A stretch of DNA of 64,000 nucleotides from Eledone cirrhosa (lineage: Eukaryota): positions 367,970,001 through 368,034,000 of the forward strand of contig OZ024743.1 of the NCBI GenBank assembly GCA_964016885.1, given 5' to 3'. The first letter of the stretch is position 1, and each line of letters opens with the position of its first letter. The notes beneath the pieces are model-generated. The model was not told the DNA's origin. It made no database searches and saw nothing but the letters and a program-made list of their open reading frames with translations. Below, piece after piece: positions 49,873 through 63,249 of this stretch. The translations under genes were made by a program, and so were the position numbers.

Positions 49873-52800
49873 TTATAATATACAGCTCGGAAAAATCTCT
49901 TTCCTAGAGCTATTTTATTGTAAAAGACTATTTTGAGTTTCTAACTCAATATATACCTTTCATATGTATGATGAATATATCTTTATGAGACACAAATCCT
50001 GTATTTGTAAAGAGACTTGCTATGATTTACCCAATTATAAAGAGATCATTTTTGATTTAGCTGGAGTAAAAAAGGCAGTAGCTATGACATTTTTCAGGAC
50101 CTCCAAGACTGATGAGAGAAAAGGAGGAAGTTAGTTTCAGACCAAAGACCTGGCCCAAATGATTCCAACAGAAGAGGCTCTGTTAAAAGCACCCAAGAAC
50201 TACATGGCAGTGTTGAACTAGCCAACAGATTACATCTACTACTATTCAGGAACAGAAATAGGCCCTCCGACAGGCTTCCAAACACAAGTTTTGGGTTTAC
50301 CTGAATGACACTCGCAAAAAATGCAGCACAATACTATGAACATGAAAATGTATTGTTGCAAAGCGAGCTTCCTAACAATGAGACTGCATTAACAAGATAC
50401 TAAAGAGCAGCTACTATTCTATCTTCTCAAATTACATACTATAAATTTTTTCAACTATTTTATTATCTCCACAAAACAATTTGTAGTTACTTAACATTGG
50501 CAGGGTAGATTGTTGTACTAATTTACATTAAAATCTTAACAAACAGCTAATTTATAATTTGTTTCACGAGGTTTTTTCTTGTTGAAAGATTAAATGAAAT
50601 AGTTACTTATGTGTTACTTATATGTTTATAAATGGGACACATTTTTTGTACATTTAGACAATGAAGTTTACTAATATCCTATGTTTACCAGCATTGTATG
50701 TTGGACATTAGCAGAATAGCCTATTCAATTCTCTTGTGGAGATAAAATAGTACAGTTGAAATAGCATAGAAATTTATAGTATCTAATTTGGAGAGATGGA
50801 ATTGCAGGTGCTTAATAGTGTTATCAGTAATGCTGTCACCCAATAAACAAAATGTATATGGTTCAAGTCCCATCAGCATGGGTATTGTGCTTTTCTATCT
50901 CAAATTTATACCTATAATATCTAATAGCTCATTCTTCTGATGTTAGCAAATTAAAAAAAACAACATAGGAATATGTTTTCCAAGTTTGTTTTAGTTTAGT
51001 TACCTATTATTGTCAGCTCTTATGAACATCAAATGTTTATTTATTTTATTTTTAGTGGCTTTCATTTGTGAAGATTAATCTTTTATTATTATATTTCTAA
51101 TGAAAGACATTATCTGTAATTTTCAAATAAATTTGAACATAATCAAGAATCTGGAGGCATTTAGTAATATAAACAATTTTCTCATTATTAGTGTGATATT
51201 TGAAGTATAACTTAATAAAGGTTCTTACAAAAAATTATGATGAAAGGTTTTCAATGAATAGAAACACTTTAAAAGGAGCATATTCAGGTAGTCTGGTATG
51301 AAATGGGTTAATATGAACCCAGTAATCTACAAAGGATATGTTTAGAACCCGAAGCTGAGATCTTTTAAACCAAACTAGTATTAAATATTACAGTTATTCT
51401 CACAGATTATGTTCAACATACTGAGTTTTCAACCAGTAGATCAAACAACTATAATCTTTATCATCTACTAACTATGTCATAAAAAGCAGACTAAATAAAT
51501 TTTTTTTCACTAGAAACAAATAGTAGACTTTTAATGGAAACCATATATTTAAAGATTAAAGCTAAGCAAACCAAGCTAGTTTTCAATTGATATTGATGTC
51601 AGGTGACCTTAACAGCAATACATAAAAAATTATATAAATTTTAAAAGAAAAATAAGCATGAATGTATATATGGTGTCACTTTATTTCTTTGTAGTCTGAA
51701 ATTTTAATTTATTCTATTCAGGAAAAAGTTCATGATAACTGCTAGATAAGTAGGGATCAAACTTCTGGTTCCATCTGTCTCTCTAACTACAATGACGACT
51801 TTTTAGATCAGTACAAAGATATACATTTAAAAAAAAATGTAAAATGATAAAATTTCTCCCATTACTTGATTGGTAATTAAATGAACAACCCTAGAAAGAT
51901 GAAAAGCTAAGTCAGACCTTGCAGAATTTGAACTCAAAGTATAAAGGATTAATACAACTTTCAATACCTTTGCCTCTCCTCCCCACTACAAGCTCAAATT
52001 ATAAAGCTATCATTTTCTTGATTTCTATTCATAATTATGTATGCTGTAATCTAGTAGTAAGCTTCGAGAAAGCTAAGTTCATGATGTAGTCTTTTTAGGT
52101 TCTAGCTGAGTCATTTCACTTAACCCATACCTAGTTCAGATGGTTGACACCTCTCGCTTGCAATACCTTTATAACATTCTATGGAATGTGTTACAAATGA
52201 ACCCTAAGAATCAGACATCAGCTATGTATCCAAGAGGCAGTGGAATTGGCACATCTAATAGCTAAACTAAATATTTTAGATCTCCTAATATCTGACAGCC
52301 TCTTATAGCAATCATATATCTATTTAATATCCAAAACAACACCTAAAAAGTACACTCTCATTTTAGGGCTAGAAACAACTTCAACTTTGAAAAGATATTG
52401 ACCCTGTATAAGGCACAAGAGTGCCCTGAAAAAATACTGCGCACAAATGAACATTCTAGACTGAACCACCTATCCACCATCTTAGCAAAAGCTTATTCTT
52501 CAACTACTAGCCTGCAGATATGCAGTTTCCATCCAATGTCTCTTCTACTGCTACTACAACAGTGTTAGCTTCTCTGAAAGCTATCTACCATTACCTCTAA
52601 CTAATCTATCCTCTGCTTCAAAACTCTGTACCAAACATTTGACAGCAATCTGCAGCTATTTAATCTTAACACTAAAATTATAACCAAATAAAGTTTTCAT
52701 AATTGGTCTCTCTTAGTGTCTCTTTACTTGATAAATGCTTCAAATACACTAGATTAATACAATGCTTTATATTTCCTCGATAGAAACCTGAATTTATTTC

Positions 52801-53903
52801 ATCTACAGCAAACACAGAATCATTGTGAAATACACTTACCAGACAATGTACTATTACTACTACTACTACTACTACTACTCAACATCATCATCTTTAACAT
52901 CTATAACAAACACCCAATCATTATAAAATATATTTACCAATGGCGGACTGGGTCTAAAAATATTGGTTGCCTGGAGATAAAGAGGCCCACCCACAACTAC
53001 AATACTATCACTTAATTTTTAAAATGAATAAATGAAAATTTCAAAAAGTCCTCTCTACTCCAGTGTATACAATTGACCGTAAAATTGTAAAGTAAAAATA
53101 CGGATTATTGAATATATTAGTAATTTCTTACCTTTTGAAATACAAAAGATCTTTGTGAAATATACACATCCACCAAAACACAGTAATGAGCTTCGTTCTT
53201 TCACACTCAATATATATATGTGGTGGGTGTGTGTGTATTTGTATATACACATATATATATATATGTTGTTTTCATTTTGTACAAGAATTCTGTTTCCAGT
53301 CATTTTCCAAAGGAACTTTGTCAGAAGAATTGCCAACTCATCTTGGGCAGTGTACTCAATATAATAGAGTATGGTTATACTATACATAATATATATATAT
53401 ATATATAAGAAGATAAATAAAACTTCATTTCTGTAGGTCAAATCCTTTGAGCTCATTAAATTACAGGATTATACGCGAGTCCTTTACTCCGTTATTTTAC
53501 TTGATATTTGCTCCTTGCGTCTTCTGCTGTTGAGCACTATAAATTGAATGGTTATAAACTGCCATTTCTAGCGGCTTGTTCTATTCATACCACCAGTCAC
53601 TGCCTCACATGCGCATTTTCCTTCTGTTTACACGTGCTACATGTCAGTTACTTTAGGCCTCTCTAGTAGCGCGGACAATATCGGCCTAAGCCGATGCTGA
53701 TGATCCACAAGGCTGAATTGGAACCCACTAACTTATGGTGAAACAATCTCCTAGTGATTCTGTACATGTGAGATTTAGTTATGAGGTTGGTTTTTCTTTT
53801 TAATTTATCCTTTTAATTCTAATGTATTTCCTACACCTCTCTTAGCTTATATTCTTCTCAAGCTGGTGGTTTTAAATCCTGTAAATGAAAACACACTCTC
53901 CTG

Positions 53904-54593
53904 TGTTTTTGCTCTTCTCTCTTCGTTGTAGCCCAAGTTTCACTGCCATATAACATTGCAGGTAAAACTGTGCTATTGAAGAGGTTGGCGCGGGTGGTCT
54001 TGTCCAACCTCCCCTTGAGCACATCCCTTATGCTGTTGAACGCCTTCCATCCGGCCCTTACTCTCCACGAGATCTCCCTCTCAATATCTCGGTGCATGTT
54101 CACTTCTTGTCCCAGGTAGACGTATTCCTCCACCTCCTATTTCATCACCGCCAACCACCATTCGACCTGTTGGTATGTTGTCGGACCGCATGAACTTCGT
54201 TTTCATGCGGTTCATCTTGAGGCCCACTGCAGAGCTTTTGATGTCGAGAGATCAATGCTAGGAATCTCGTTGAGAGAGCACATCAGGAGCGAAGTCATCA
54301 GAATGAAGTCCGGCGTGAGGATGTCATCGCGGAATATATGCGCAGCAAGTTCAGATGGGCTGGTCACCCGGTTCACCGATAATCGGTGGACCCGCGCAGT
54401 TGCCGAGTGGTACCCGCGCGAGCGGAAACGACCAGTCGGAAGGCCTCCAGGAGGGTCGAGTTATGATTTTAAGAATACGATTGGGAATACATGGATGAGG
54501 AAAGCACGATCCAGAGAGGAATGGACGGCATGCTGTGACCAGCGGTGCTGAATGGACGCCCGACAGACTGGTCGGTCAAGGTGATCAAGGTGA
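53904..54593 (+). mobile_element. RTE family 3 with 5' inversion
   Basis: 53904-54245 minus: GLKMNRMKTKFM, EEYVYLGQ, FNSTVLPAMLYGSETW. 54246-54593 plus: ERSMLG...RKRPVGRP and tail (caaggtgat)2. Confidence 0.85.
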
Positions 54594-55329
54594 TATATAT
54601 ATATGTATATACATATATATATATGGATGTGTGTGTATAGACATTACCACTACTTCCTGTTTTATTGCTTGTTGTATGGGGGCTAATAAGTCAAAGGATC
54701 TACCTAATACTAGCCAGTCCACTGGGAAAATGAACAGGAGTCAGTGTTCTTGTGTGTGCCTATATATATACATATATATACGTATATATAGATGCATGTG
54801 TGTGTCTAATCTTGTATGTATGTATGTGTATATGTATGTATGTATGCAGTGCTATTGATAACACGTAACCCATGGTCATCTGTGACTAAACCAACAAGTT
54901 TGCTTGGTGAGGAGGGTGAATTTGGACACCCTGCGGAATGAAAAACAAAACCTGTCAAAGGGTGGAGGAGCTCAGGAGTCAACGGTCAATGAACTTTTTA
55001 TTATAAGACATCTCTCTAGTGGAAGGTCACTCTAATATAAAACCTGCAACTTTATTTGTATCCAATGATGTAGACCAGTTCTTCTTTTGGGTAAATGCAT
55101 TTGATGTTAAAAAAGCTTCAAGCTTGATATGTGACATTTTTTGTGATGCATGTCATTGCTGGCCATAGGCAAGTCCCTAGCAGGACTAAAAACAATGTCT
55201 GTAATGCTCATGCTTAAGTATCAAGCGATGGTATAACTTGAAATCAAGTTGCAGCCATCATCATCATGTATGTTTGTATGAGCCTGGAAGAAATCGAACC
55301 AACTGTGAGATGGTTCTACTGCCACACAC

Positions 55330-55565
55330 TCCATCATACATATGCAGTGAGTGTGGCTTAATTTGCATATCAGCAGGTGAATTGACCAAACATTGTAGAA
55401 TGTATGAAGACACACCCTAGCCGGTATTGCCAGGAGACAGACAGTTCAAGTGTTACATCTGTGAATGTACCTGCAAAACAAAAGTGGGTCTGAAAAGTCA
55501 CCTGCATGCACATGTTGTGCAATGTTCAATGAAGGGATGGCACTCTTCTGACAAGAAGTAGCAAT
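55330..55565 (+). pseudogene. Two C2H2 fingers, probably the C-terminus of an RTE/BovB-like ORF
   Basis: YICSECGLICISAGELTKHCR and FKCYICECTCKTKVGLKSHLHAH, separated by a stop, with no TGEKP linker. Confidence 0.5.
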
Positions 55566-56544
55566 CAGTATATATATATATATGAGTGTATGTATGTGTA
55601 TGAGTGTATGTATGTATATATGTATGTAGGCATGCATGCATGAGGTGGTATCAAAACGTTCCCGTGTAGTTATGTTTGAAAATAAATATATATATTTACC
55701 TAAGTTTTAACATCATCTCCTTCGAAATAGTCACCTTGCACAGCAATACACCAGTCCCAGTGTTCCTGCCACTTTTGGAAACCGGCTTGGAAGTCGTTTT
55801 CTGTAAGCAAGTCATGGACCTTCCGGAATTCGCTCTGGGTCTCAGCAACAGTATTAAAATGGTGACCTTTGAGCTGCATTTTCAGCTTGGAGAATAGATG
55901 GAAGTCTGCAGGTGTTAAATCTGGTGAAAAGGGTTTGTGTGGAAGTGATACAATGTGGTTTTTTGGTGAAAAACTCATGAGAGAGGAGAGCTCGGTAACA
56001 AGGTGCATTGTCATCATGAAGAATCCAATTTTTCATGCTCCACAGATCTAGTCGCTACCGCCAAACACCCTCCCTCAAAATGTTGCAGTAGAACACTCGA
56101 TTGATGGTCTAGTGTGGGGAACAAATTCTTGATGCATAATTCCGCAGGTGTCAGAAAAAACAATGAGCATACTGTTGATTGAGCTGCGGCTCTATTGTGT
56201 CTTCTTCAGTCATAGAGATGAAGAACTTTTCAACTGTGCTGACTGTTGCTTCGTCTCGGGGTCGTACCTGTAGTCTCAACTTTCATCACCAGAGATGATC
56301 CTCAACATGAAGGATGGGTCATCAGTGGCACGCTGGTGGAGATCTTGACAGACTTCAGCACGATGTTCTTGCTGCTCAGTGGTCAGCAGGCGGGGGACAA
56401 ACTTGGCAGCAACCCACCGCATGTTCAATTCAGTCATTAGGATTGTCTGAACAGAGTCATACGACAGACTAACAACATCATCAATATAGTTGATTGTCTT
56501 ATGACAATCCTCATGCACAAGCTGATTAATTTTCTCCACATTGA

Positions 56545-58197
56545 TCTGCAGAAAACCTTTGGTAGAGTGCTCTGTGCCATAATCTGGTGGGCTCTCAGAA
56601 AATTAGGAGTAGGTGAGTGGTTTGTAAAGGTTGTACAAGCGATGTAGAGGAGCAGTCAGCAAAGTTAAGGTTAATAATGACTAAGGCGAGGAACTTAGCA
56701 TACAGGTTGGCATTCACCAGGGCTCAGTTCTTTGCCCTCCCATGTTTATTATCGTTTTGCAGGCTATAACAGAGGAGTTTAAGACTGGTTGCTCATCTAC
56801 GAAGATGATCTTACACTCATAGCTGAATCTATGGTAGAACTAGAGAAATTCCAAACAGGGCCGAGAAAGAGGGGGTCTTAAAGTCAATCTGACAAAGACT
56901 AAGGCCCTAGTAAGTAGAAAACAGAACCCTGATCCCCTCAGGGAAATGGCCTTGCTCAATATATAGGAAAGGTGTAGGTAGAAACTCCATCCTCTGCCCC
57001 ATATGGAAACTATGGGTACACAAGTGGGATCTCAGGAAGTTTAGCTAAGAATGTAGGCTTTACATATAGCATTTGCACTGGGACAGTAAGCAGCAAACGA
57101 CTACAGGAACAAGCGCTACTCAGTAGAAACAGTAGACAGCTTCTGCTACCTGGGAGACAGAATTAGCAGCAGAGGTGGGTGTTCTGAAAGTACAGTAACC
57201 AGAGTAAGAACAGGATGGAAGAAGTTCAGGGAGCTACTACCACAGCTAGCTCCAAAAGGTTTTTCTCTCAAAATGAAAGGCAGACTGTATGAAGCATGCA
57301 CAGTAGTGAGACTTGGACGCTATGTGCAGACGACTGGTGTAGATTGGAAAGAAATGAAGCTTGAATGGTCTGATGGATGTGTAATAGTAATTTTCGTGAA
57401 GGGCAAAGCATAAACGAACCAAGAGAGAATCTAAGCATAAGAGGAATCAAATGTTGTGTGCAAGAGAGGAGATTGCATTGATGCGTATGAAGGATGACAG
57501 CTCTATAAAAAGGTGCAGAGCTCTCAAAGTCGATGGAAGACTTGGAGTGGGAAGATCCAGGAAGACTTGGGATGAGGTGATAAAAGTTGACCTTGCACAA
57601 TTGTACCTCTCAAAGGCAATGACACAGGACCGAGATCTCTGGTGTTATGTAGTAATACAGACAAACCAACTTTCCACTGGCACAGACCGAAGCTGAAGCA
57701 TATATACAGTATGCCCTACCCTCCCACTGCAAAGTTGTCGTGTAGGTGTCACAACAAAAAGCACCCAGTCCACACTGTAAAGTGGTCATGTAGGTGTCAC
57801 AACAAAAAGCATCCAACCCACATTGTAAAGGGGTCATCTAGGTGTCATGACAAAAAGCACCCAACCCACACTGTAAAGTGGTTGTGTAGGTGTCATGATA
57901 AAAATCACCCAGTCCACACTGTGAAGTGGTCGTGTAGGTGTCATGACAAAAAGCACCCAACCCACACTGTAAAGTGGTTGTGTAGGTGTCATGACAAAAA
58001 TCACCCAGTTCACACTGTGAAGTGGTCGTGTAGGTGTCATGACAAAAAGCAACCAGCACACACTGTAAATGAGGTTGGCATTAGGAAATGCATCCAACTG
58101 TAGAAACGAAGCCAAAATTAGTTCTGTATAAGCAAGGCATGGTCACCTGACCAAGCATTGCCCACAGCAGGACAACTCGTCTAACCCATGCTAGCAT
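56545..58197 (+). mobile_element. RTE family 1 copy (RT 3' part + UTR, tail missing)
   Basis: Collinear with 10895-12380 (reverse complement). Confidence 0.9.
57738..58070 (+). repeat. ~8 x 42-bp minisatellite in the RTE 3' UTR
   Basis: Unit gtcgtgtaggtgtcatgacaaaaagcacccagtccacactgtaaagtg-like, with alternating variants. Confidence 0.9.
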
Positions 58198-61100
58198 GAC
58201 GCCTGCGACAGGTCTTCCAGATCATTCATCATCTTCCAGGAACATCCATCCCCTTTCAAAGCACCCGTGCCACTTGAAACATTATGTATAACCCATCACC
58301 GTAAGCTTACCAAAACATGGTTAATGTCTCTGTAGCAGACTTCCGCAAGTTGAATGCAAAATTTCACGTTTGCTCTTTGTTCCAACTTCTTGTTCATGAC
58401 AAAATCGTAGACTACAGCATACACGTGATTACCAAAACATAAATTTCACAACTTGCAAAATGAACATAGCGATGTCACTAGGCACAAATGTGCGACGCCA
58501 TCTGTTAGCATGTTACAGAACTAGTTCGGAAACTTTTTGATACCTCCTTATATGTATGCATTGAGTCTGGCTGACTAAAGTATCACATAATTTGGTTTGT
58601 ATTAATCCCCTAGGGAATTGCTTGACCAACTGCTTTACTTAATTGTTTTATTTGTTTTTTTTTAATTCTTTCTCTAGGACATCTGATATCTTTTTTGAAA
58701 GTGAATTGGCATTGGCCCCTAAAATGATACCCTGAGCCCCAAAGCGGCCAACATGCTATCAGGCAAGCTGATGACCTGGCTAGTGTTCCATTGTATATTA
58801 TTATCATCATCATTTAACATCCATTTTTCCTGCTAGCAAAGGTTGGATGAGTCATTATTTAATCAGAGCTACTGATTCTTAGACAGGCCTGTGGCTGGGC
58901 ATCTCTTATATATGTTCCTGCACTCTTCAGAGTGCACTGCATACATTCTATTATGGCAGCAGCACTAGGGAGTTTGTCATGACTTCAATACAACTGACAA
59001 GTCCTCTCAACTAATAGTTTGGCAAGTTTATTTTTATGGCTTCCCATTACCAACCATATTACAGAGTGTATTGGATGCATTTTATTGTGTAGATCACCAA
59101 CACCAGAGAGGTTGTTGTGCTCGACACAAATGAAGAGTTCTAGGGTGTACTGCATGCATTTTGTATGGCCCCATCACTTTGTTGTGTCAGGATCCTCTCA
59201 GCCCTTTTTGGTATGATTTCTATGGTTGGAAGCCCCTCCCCTAACACCAACCACTTTACAGAATGAACTGGATGCATTTTAGCATGGTACCAGTGAAACT
59301 TTGAGGGAGACTAGAGTTTTGTGTTGATCTGTGTTAAATAAATGTCTCTCTGATAAAATTCTCAAAACCTCTTGAATGTACCTTGAAAGTGACAATATGT
59401 AGGAGGGGAAGGATGACAGGTATAGTGATGACAAGTATGGTGGGCTTCAAAGGGGTGAGAAAGTATATCATGGAAGTATAGGTGTGGTGGAATTTGATAG
59501 GCTTATGAGATAATTTTGGATAGTGTAGACAGCACTGTGATGAATGTGAAGAGTTACTAAGGAGTTATGACTGGTTTGTTAGCATTTAGAATATGGTGAG
59601 CTGAGATATAGAGGGAGGGGGAGGAGGAGAGGTGTCAAATAGAGTTGGAGAGGACTATGATGATGTGAACAGCTGGTGGGAAGGTGGGTGTTGGGGTTGA
59701 TTCTGTAGTGGATCAACAGTAATGGGGGTAATAGTTACTAGGGAGCTGAGGTGGAGGGTGGGCATGAATAGGTCAGGTAAAATTTTTTAAGCTGGTGAGC
59801 AAGTCTTCTCTAGTACTGCATGTCCCCAATCATCACAGCTCTTTGTCATTTGTCAAGAGATTCAGGTTCTTAAGGTTGATCTTCACCATTTCCCATTTCA
59901 TCCTTGGTCTAGAATTCCATTCACTAAGATTTCTCTGCACAGCTATCATCTTCCATATGCATCACATGTTCATAACTACACTGGACTCCTCTCATACAGA
60001 GTCCTCTCTCAGCTTGCTTATGCTACATTGTTGATGTAACTGACATTACACAACCACTAGAACATACTTGCTTCATTTCTGGCTGTTCTTTGCAGGTCTT
60101 CTGCCATCAATGCCCATGTCTTATATAAGGGGATTTTTCGCTTTAAGTATATAAAATGGCTGACAATAAAATGAAAGTGAATTAAAGTGGTAAAAAAACC
60201 TGACAATACAATGAAACTGAATGAAATGTGCAAGCCAGGCTAGATTCTTTCAGAGACTCTCGTGTCCAACTGTCTTGCCCTGTTGAGCTAATTTATTGGA
60301 CGGTGGTAATTGATTGTCAATAGTTTGTTGTGAAGGAGCAGTTCGATATCACAAAATATTAACTAATAAATCATTTGGAAAATAATTTTCACAAATAAAT
60401 ATTACAGCTAAAAAAAAATTCAAAGAGCAAGGAATTTTACAACATAAAAGCAGTTACATTTCATTTTACATCCTTCCAGTTTGATTTTATTATCTGCTGT
60501 TTTATAATCTGAATGCAAACATCTTGTATAAATATAAGGAACCGCATACCAGAGTGAAGACTTAAGCATGTCCTTTTCTTTTCTTCATCGAAGACTTTAC
60601 CAATATGTCTTGAACTGAATTTAAGGTTACCTTCTATCTATAGTAAAGAACAGAAACAAACCAGTCTATAGTCGTTATACTTAATGTAACCAAAATACGG
60701 ACAATATATCTGTACCATAAAACTAAATACTGCATAGAGTATCCTTATCAATGTAAGTGAATATTCATGGGCACATCTTTAAATATAAAAATCAATAGAT
60801 AGGAATACATCAGATTTTAATCAATGGGAGTAACTTTATTTGCCAACCTAGCTGCCTAAATAAAGTGTTCACACGTTAGTGACTTGAAAATGCTCTGAGG
60901 TGAAATAATTATGCGGTATCGTATTTAAAAAAAATTAAGTATAAAGAAATTGTATGTGACATGATTTATTTTGTAGATGATCATTTACTTCTGATGAAAT
61001 GTGACAGCATGTAGTCTGAGGACATTTAAAAATAATTTCTCTGACCCAGAAGTTTCTAGAAAGGAATTGAGAAGAACTGGCTTTTTATTATCATATAACA

Positions 61101-61296
61101 AACATATAAGATTAAATAGAAGTACATACATATAAATTATTGCTAGGAATCTTATAAATATAGTACACAAATATATACAATCAGAGAGAGAAAAAAGGAA
61201 GAAGAAACACTAATTCAATACTAAATACATCAATCGGTCACACACCACCAGAGTCACCGGAAATGTTTGAAGCAAGCCAACAACTCTGCCAGCATT

Positions 61297-61512
61297 CAGC
61301 AATTACTCAGTACATTACTGGTACTTTATTTGAGCGACCCCGTAAGGATGAAAGGAAAAGTTAACCTCGGCGGGATTTGAACTCCCTTTACGGTCTGAGT
61401 TCAAATCCCGCCGAGGTTAACTTCGCCTTTCATCCTTACGGGGCTGATCAAATAAAGTACCAGTAATGTACTGAGTAATTGCTGGTCTTGTACCAAAAGT
61501 AGAAACAATTAT
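61297..61512. mobile_element. Head-to-head inverted SINE (family 1) pair forming an ~88-bp stem with 12-nt loop
   Basis: 61297-61384 is the reverse complement of 61397-61484; the right copy continues into the SINE tail. Confidence 0.92.
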
Positions 61513-61516
61513 GATG

Positions 61517-61592
61517 GGTGATGGTGAGGCTAAGGCGCTGAAACACCCGTGAGAGTGCTTGGTTGTTTCAGCACCTTAGCCTCGCCATCACC
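61517..61592. other. 76-nt hairpin, 29-bp arms with 2 differences (pre-miRNA-like or mini-MITE)
   Basis: ggtgatggtgaggctaaggcgctgaaaca - 18 nt - tgtttcagcaccttagcctcgccatcacc. Confidence 0.6.
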
Positions 61593-63101
61593 TGCGGTAA
61601 TGCTGCGAGCGTGTTAGCTTCTAGAAAGGTGTATACATTTTCATGCTTAAAAATAAAACTTCTTAAAGAAAGTTCCAGGCGTGGCTGGGACTTGTGTCTA
61701 GAGTTCTTAAACCAGTGATCGGAGTAATAAATATGTTTATATACGCGTGTTGTGTTAATAGAAAATAACATTCATACTCGAATGTATATAATTAAATCTA
61801 GTTGATATAATGAATAATTATTATACAAGTGTTTTCTGCAGTTAGGCAAGTTTGTATAAATTTAAGTCATGTTAAAAAAAACGGTCACAAATATTTCTCA
61901 TCTAAACTAACTTTTTGTTTACCTGCACAGGTGTGGCAAACAGCAGCAGCAAATAGTACAGGAAGTATGCAATAAGTCACCTGTCACAAACTCAACAGTT
62001 TACCTGGAAGGGAAGTCTATATACTAAATCCAATTAACTCGCACAACTGTTATATCAGAAGACCAAAAGAGAATTACCCCACTAATTTGGCCATGGCCAA
62101 AACTTACCAATTACTTTGGTCAATTTTATTATTTTTGTGTATAAACGACTACACAAAATGTTCAGCCAGGCAAAGTAAGTTCTTTTATTATATGTATGCC
62201 TATAAATATACACCTGTTTTAAATTTCACTTAAATATGAATACTGTTTAATCATCACATTTAATTTTCTTTGACAAGCAAAACAATAATGATATTATCCA
62301 GAAACTTCTAATTAATTGTTTTTATTAATAAATAATAACTTCAATATGTTTTATAATTCTTTTATTCTTGTTTACATTTCCGACATTTCTTTTCCCCCGT
62401 TGCTTATCTTAATCTCTAACACGATGGATGACCAATACTAATATTTATTGGTAGAAGATAGAAAGACAAAAAACACGTATAGTATTTTTTTTAAATTAGC
62501 GTTATTTGAATTACAGGAAATCCATTCTGAATTTCTCTAAACCTTGCTGAATGTAGAGCAACAGGTACACTTTGCCAAATAGTTGTAATTTCTTTACCTA
62601 TAATCTTCTAAAATTAGGTCAAATATTCGGCATGCATTTTATCAGTAATTGACCTTCCTTTACTAAATAATATGGCCAGTTTCTTTTTCATGTCGTAGTC
62701 GAATAAACATATTTTAAATTTAATCATGTATAGAAACCAAATTCTACAATATTTACATTCAATTATAAAAGTAGTTCGTTTTCTTTGTTTGTTAATGTTC
62801 GTTAAAATTCTAATTTAACTCTTGTTAATCTTTCTTAATTATTTAAAATCCTATCGAAGTTTTCTTAGTTTTATAATTTCATTGTACTTTTGAAATATTT
62901 TTGTCACTCACACCTAAATCCCAGCAGCGTTACTATTCTAAATATAATTATCAGTGTTTCGGGAAATTCCACGTTTTTGTAACTTTGTAAGTATTGTTTA
63001 AATCGTTGGCGGCTCACATTACTGAGCTGTCGGGTGATGCTCGCGATGGTGCCTAGTTGTTTTAGCGCCTTAGCCTCGTTATTACCCGCAATCATGCTTA
63101 C

Positions 63102-63240
63102 CTCAATTTCCGTTGACCCTTGTGCGGCCGACTGTAGCACTTGGTGGTGAATTGATGGTCGTTTTTTGTTTTTGTCTTCTTTCTCTCGCTTTGATTGTAT
63201 ATTTTGGTGCGTTGTATTTGTAAGGTTCCTAGCAACAGTT
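63102..63240 (-). promoter_or_regulatory. Candidate non-coding first exon / promoter-proximal region of a minus-strand host gene
   Basis: Locally CpG-rich unique sequence with consensus donor GAG|GTAAGC at 63101-63096; second donor-like GT|GTGAGT near 62910. Confidence 0.4.
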
Positions 63241-63249
63241 AATTGTGTT

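Larger units (their letters stand above)
55641..58549 (-). mobile_element. mariner element split by an RTE insertion (mariner parts 55641-56544 and 58198-58549)
   Basis: Diverged TIRs GAGGTGGTATCAAAA / TTTTTGATACCTCC; motifs KFVPRLL, ISGDES, LHDDNAP, PFSPDLTPADFHLF, YFEGD. Confidence 0.9.

Noticed and set aside
50094-50310. Possible coding exon
   Set aside because: No recognisable motif and no convincing splice-site pair on either strand.
55238-55520. Host C2H2 zinc-finger gene
   Set aside because: Only two fingers separated by a stop, no TGEKP linker; the pattern fits a LINE ORF C-terminus.
57642-58115. Cys/His-rich repeat proteins or CRISPR-like array
   Set aside because: Translation of the 42-bp minisatellite in an RTE 3' UTR; no spacers.
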